NCBI GenBank assembly: GCA_005878385.1
Contig: VBMN01000078.1
Location: 1 to 42,651 of the forward strand
Length of the DNA stretch: 42,651 bases
Reading direction: 5' to 3'
From: Methanobacteriota archaeon
GTDB taxonomy: Archaea; Thermoplasmatota; Thermoplasmata; RBG-16-68-12
The position numbers were made by a program, and so were the translations under genes. Under the pieces are notes generated by a model that was not told where the DNA came from, ran no database searches, and worked only from the letters and a program-made list of their open reading frames with translations. Within the stretch, counting starts at the first letter, position 1. The number at the start of each line of letters is the position of its first letter. Below, one piece after another: positions 40,141 through 42,651 of the stretch.

Positions 40141-40298
40141 CCGGATCCTGCGGGCGTCCCTCGCGCAACGAAACCGGTCAATGGGACTGAGACGCATCCC
40201 CCGGGAGCCGACATGGCCTCGAATAGGCCCGCAAGCATCAGAACGACACGAGCAGGATGGCGGCGCTCCAGAGGAGGATTACAGCCTGGTTGTCTGTC

Positions 40299-42651
40299 CT
40301 ACATCAGCGTGACGACGACGGTCACATCCGCGGAATGCGTGATGGAGCCAATCGTCGCCGTCACGGTAACCGTGTAGGTGCCCGGCGTCGTCAAGACGGA
40401 GGTCGAAACGGTCAGGGTGGACGTAGCGGTTCCGCCGGAGGGCAGCGTTACACTACTTGGGCTGAGGGAGACCGTCGGCCAGACCAAAACGAGGCCGGAC
40501 GAAGAGATCGAAGCGCTGAGGCTCGCCGTCCCGGAGAGCCCATTGAGGCTCGTTAGGGTGATTCCGGAGGAACCGGACGACCCGCAGACGATGGTGAGCG
40601 AGGCTGGTGAGGCACTGATGCTGAAGTCTCCCGGTGGGGGCGGGGCCGTGACGATAATCGTGTGGGACTGAATTGCAGTGAGCCCACCCGAGTCGATCGC
40701 CTGCACGACGACCGTGTAAGTCCCGGCCGAACTGAATGTGTGGCTCACGGTCTTCGTCGTCGACCACGTGGTGTCCCACGTCCCGTCCCCGGTCCAGTCC
40801 CACCGGACTTGGATCGTGTTCGGCGGATCGTGGTCATCGCTTGCCGTAGCGGTGAACGTGAAGACGGTGCTTGTATCACCGGAAGTCGGCGTCCAGGTGA
40901 AATCCACCGTTGGGGGGCCGTTCGGCGGGGGTGGAGGTGAAGTGACCGAGACCATGTGGGATGCACTCGCGGTCAGGCCACCGGAGTCTTTCGCCTGCAC
41001 GACGACCGTGTAAGTCCCGGCCGAACTGAATGTGTGGCTCACGGTCTTCGTCGTCGACCACGTGGTGTCCCACGTCCCGTCCCCGGTCCAGTCCCACCGG
41101 ACTTGGATCGTGTTCGGCGGATCGTGGTCATCGGTTACTTGAGCCGTGAATGTGAAAACGGTGTTCGTGTCTCCCGAGGTGGGTGTCCACGTGAAGTCCA
41201 CGGACGGCGGCGCGTTCGGCGGGGGCGGAGGTGAGCTGACCGGGATCACATGTGAGGCGCTCGCGGTCAGGCCACCGGAGTCTTTCGCCTGCACGACGAC
41301 CGTGTAATTCCCGGGCGAACTGAACGTGTGGCTCGCGGTTTTTGTTGTGGACCATGACGTGTCCCACGTCCCGTCCCCGGTCCAGTCCCAGCGGACCTGG
41401 ATTGCATTCGGCGGATCATGGTCATCGCTTGCCGTAGCGGTGAACGTGAAAACGGTGCTTGTATCACCGGAGCTCGGAGTCCACGTGAAGTCCACGGACG
41501 GGGGCGCGTTCGGCGGGGGCGGAGGTGAGGTCACTTGGACAATGTGGGATGCGCTCGCGGTAAGCCCGCCCGAGTCGACGGCCTGCACGAAGACAGTCTT
41601 ATTCCCCGCGGAGCTAAAAGTATGGGTCGCGGTTTTTGTTGTGGACCATGACGTGTCCCACGTCCCGTCCCCGGTCCAGTCCCACCGGACTTGGATCGTG
41701 TTCGGCGGGTCGTGGTCATCGCTTGCCGTAGCGGTGAACGTGAAGACAGTGCCCGTGTCGCCCGAAGTCGGGCTCCAACTGAAGTCCACCGACGGCGGGT
41801 TATTCGGCGGCGGAGGGGGAGGGGGTGCCGTGACCTGGACCTGGTGGGAACGGTTCGAAGTGAGGCCACCCGAGTCGATCGCTTGCACGACGACAGTCTT
41901 GTTCCCCGCGGAGCTATACGTGTGGCTCGCGGTTTTTGTCGTGGACCATCCCGTGTCCCACGTCCCGTCCCCCGTCCAGTCCCAACGGACGGGAACCGAG
42001 TCGGGAGAATCGTGGTCGTCACTCACCTGAGCCGTGAAGGAGAACACCGTGCTTGTATTGCCTGAGGTTGGGCTCCAAGAGAAATCCACGGAAGGGGGCG
42101 AATTCGGGGGTGGCGGAGGCGGGGAGTTCGAAAGTTTCCATGCGGTCAGAGGATGGAGTTCCCAGTGATACGGCCCCTCCCAGAAGACGAACCCCTGCAT
42201 GTCGAGGGAAATGCTGCCGTTCGACTGTTCCTGGCCGAGCGTCTCATTGTTGCACGAGGGCACGTTCGGTCCGCAGTAGCCTCGGCCCAACCAATCGCGA
42301 TCGATCTCGATTTTCATGTACCCGCTCGTCGTCCCGAGCGTGATGATCTGTCCCGCGTCCGTGCAGAAGGTCTGGTTGCCTGGATAGCGGTGTCCCCCGT
42401 TCTGCTTGGAATACCATCCCGAGCAATCCGTGGTCTTGACGCCGTAACCGTACAAGGAGACTCCGTTGATTTGGACGAACGGAGAGAGGACCGCGCCGGT
42501 GATGTTCGTGATCGTACAAGGGGGCGAGAGGGACCGCTCGAGCGGGATCCCACCCGAGGTCGCGTTGTGCTGATACCGGCTGCCGCTGAGGGACTGGTGC
42601 GGATAGGCCGACCCTAAGACGTCCTTAATCGTGACCAAATCGGCCGCACAG
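40299..42651 (-). CDS. Secreted multi-PKD-domain protein (5' end outside the window)
   Basis: Five about 98-aa repeats of the form PPSVDF(T/S)W(T/S)PTSGDTSTVFTFTA..DDHDPPN..VRWDWTGDGTWDT..AGTYTVVVQAKDSGGLT, separated by poly-Pro. There is an N-terminal globular Cys-rich domain and a C-terminal Ig-like domain. The frame stays open to the window edge and no signal peptide is visible. Confidence 0.85.
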   Translation of the reverse strand, partial: CAADLVTIKDVLGSAYPHQSLSGSRYQHNATSGGIPLERSLSPPCTITNITGAVLSPFVQINGVSLYGYGVKTTDCSGWYSKQNGGHRYPGNQTFCTDAGQIITLGTTSGYMKIEIDRDWLGRGYCGPNVPSCNNETLGQEQSNGSISLDMQGFVFWEGPYHWELHPLTAWKLSNSPPPPPPNSPPSVDFSWSPTSGNTSTVFSFTAQVSDDHDSPDSVPVRWDWTGDGTWDTGWSTTKTASHTYSSAGNKTVVVQAIDSGGLTSNRSHQVQVTAPPPPPPPNNPPSVDFSWSPTSGDTGTVFTFTATASDDHDPPNTIQVRWDWTGDGTWDTSWSTTKTATHTFSSAGNKTVFVQAVDSGGLTASASHIVQVTSPPPPPNAPPSVDFTWTPSSGDTSTVFTFTATASDDHDPPNAIQVRWDWTGDGTWDTSWSTTKTASHTFSSPGNYTVVVQAKDSGGLTASASHVIPVSSPPPPPNAPPSVDFTWTPTSGDTNTVFTFTAQVTDDHDPPNTIQVRWDWTGDGTWDTTWSTTKTVSHTFSSAGTYTVVVQAKDSGGLTASASHMVSVTSPPPPPNGPPTVDFTWTPTSGDTSTVFTFTATASDDHDPPNTIQVRWDWTGDGTWDTTWSTTKTVSHTFSSAGTYTVVVQAIDSGGLTAIQSHTIIVTAPPPPGDFSISASPASLTIVCGSSGSSGITLTSLNGLSGTASLSASISSSGLVLVWPTVSLSPSSVTLPSGGTATSTLTVSTSVLTTPGTYTVTVTATIGSITHSADVTVVVTLM
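40645..42128. repeat. Tandem coding repeats, about 294-300 bp period x5 (PKD modules)
   Basis: The anchor motif GTGTCCCACGTCCCGTCCCC recurs at 40771, 41065, 41359, 41653 and 41953. Region 40697-40839 reads identically to 40991-41133. Confidence 0.9.

Noticed and set aside
39946-40197. 83-aa minus-strand ORF in the long spacer
   Set aside because: It is exactly antisense to the HTH_10-like segment and Arg-rich, so it is most likely a shadow ORF.
40645-42128. Regularly spaced repeats as a possible CRISPR array; also the 3221-3420 duplication
   Set aside because: The period is about 294 bp, with no short repeat/spacer structure. The repeats are in-frame coding modules (PKD domains, zinc ribbons). 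No cas genes are present.

Overview
This is a GC-rich archaeal chromosomal segment. The archaeal call rests on an archaeal/eukaryal-type GlyRS, Elp3, a KaiC-like ATPase, DUF835, and A/T-rich TATA boxes centred about 27 nt upstream of start codons, which implies mostly leaderless mRNAs. A Thermoplasmatota-like euryarchaeon is my guess only. I call about 45 protein genes plus one tRNA-Thr(CGU), and I saw no rRNA, CRISPR array, transposase or integrase. Housekeeping and ordinary genes include pgk, glyS, elp3, an NCS1 permease, LemA/TPM, an amidohydrolase, NIF3, an FAD-linked oxidase, a SIS isomerase, CoxG, ArsR-AHSA1, a cupin and two UbiA paralogues.

Four blocks stand out:
1. 8-8672: a five-gene neighbourhood of zinc-ribbon proteins (a giant surface protein, a coiled-coil protein and a helical-repeat protein), a KaiC-like ATPase, and a bacterial-type DnaA AAA+ module fused to DUF835. 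This is my best candidate for an undescribed system.
2. 35186-39727: an ArnA/ArnB-like operon of vWA, Zn-ribbon-FHA and a kinase-FHA-PP2C triple fusion whose PP2C part looks N-terminally truncated, followed by a proline-tailed membrane protein.
3. 28745-31501: a wHTH-STAND-TPR NTPase.
4. 17326-18144: a Rab/Ras-like small GTPase with a C-terminal extension.

There is one recurrent oddity. Three genes (the 5294 zinc-ribbon gene, the DnaA-like gene and elp3) have protein-like, apparently conserved N-terminal sequence lying upstream of the first ATG/GTG/TTG.

All domain calls are by eye from motifs, with no HMM or BLAST run. Many long Arg/Pro-rich antisense ORFs in the track are GC artefacts.
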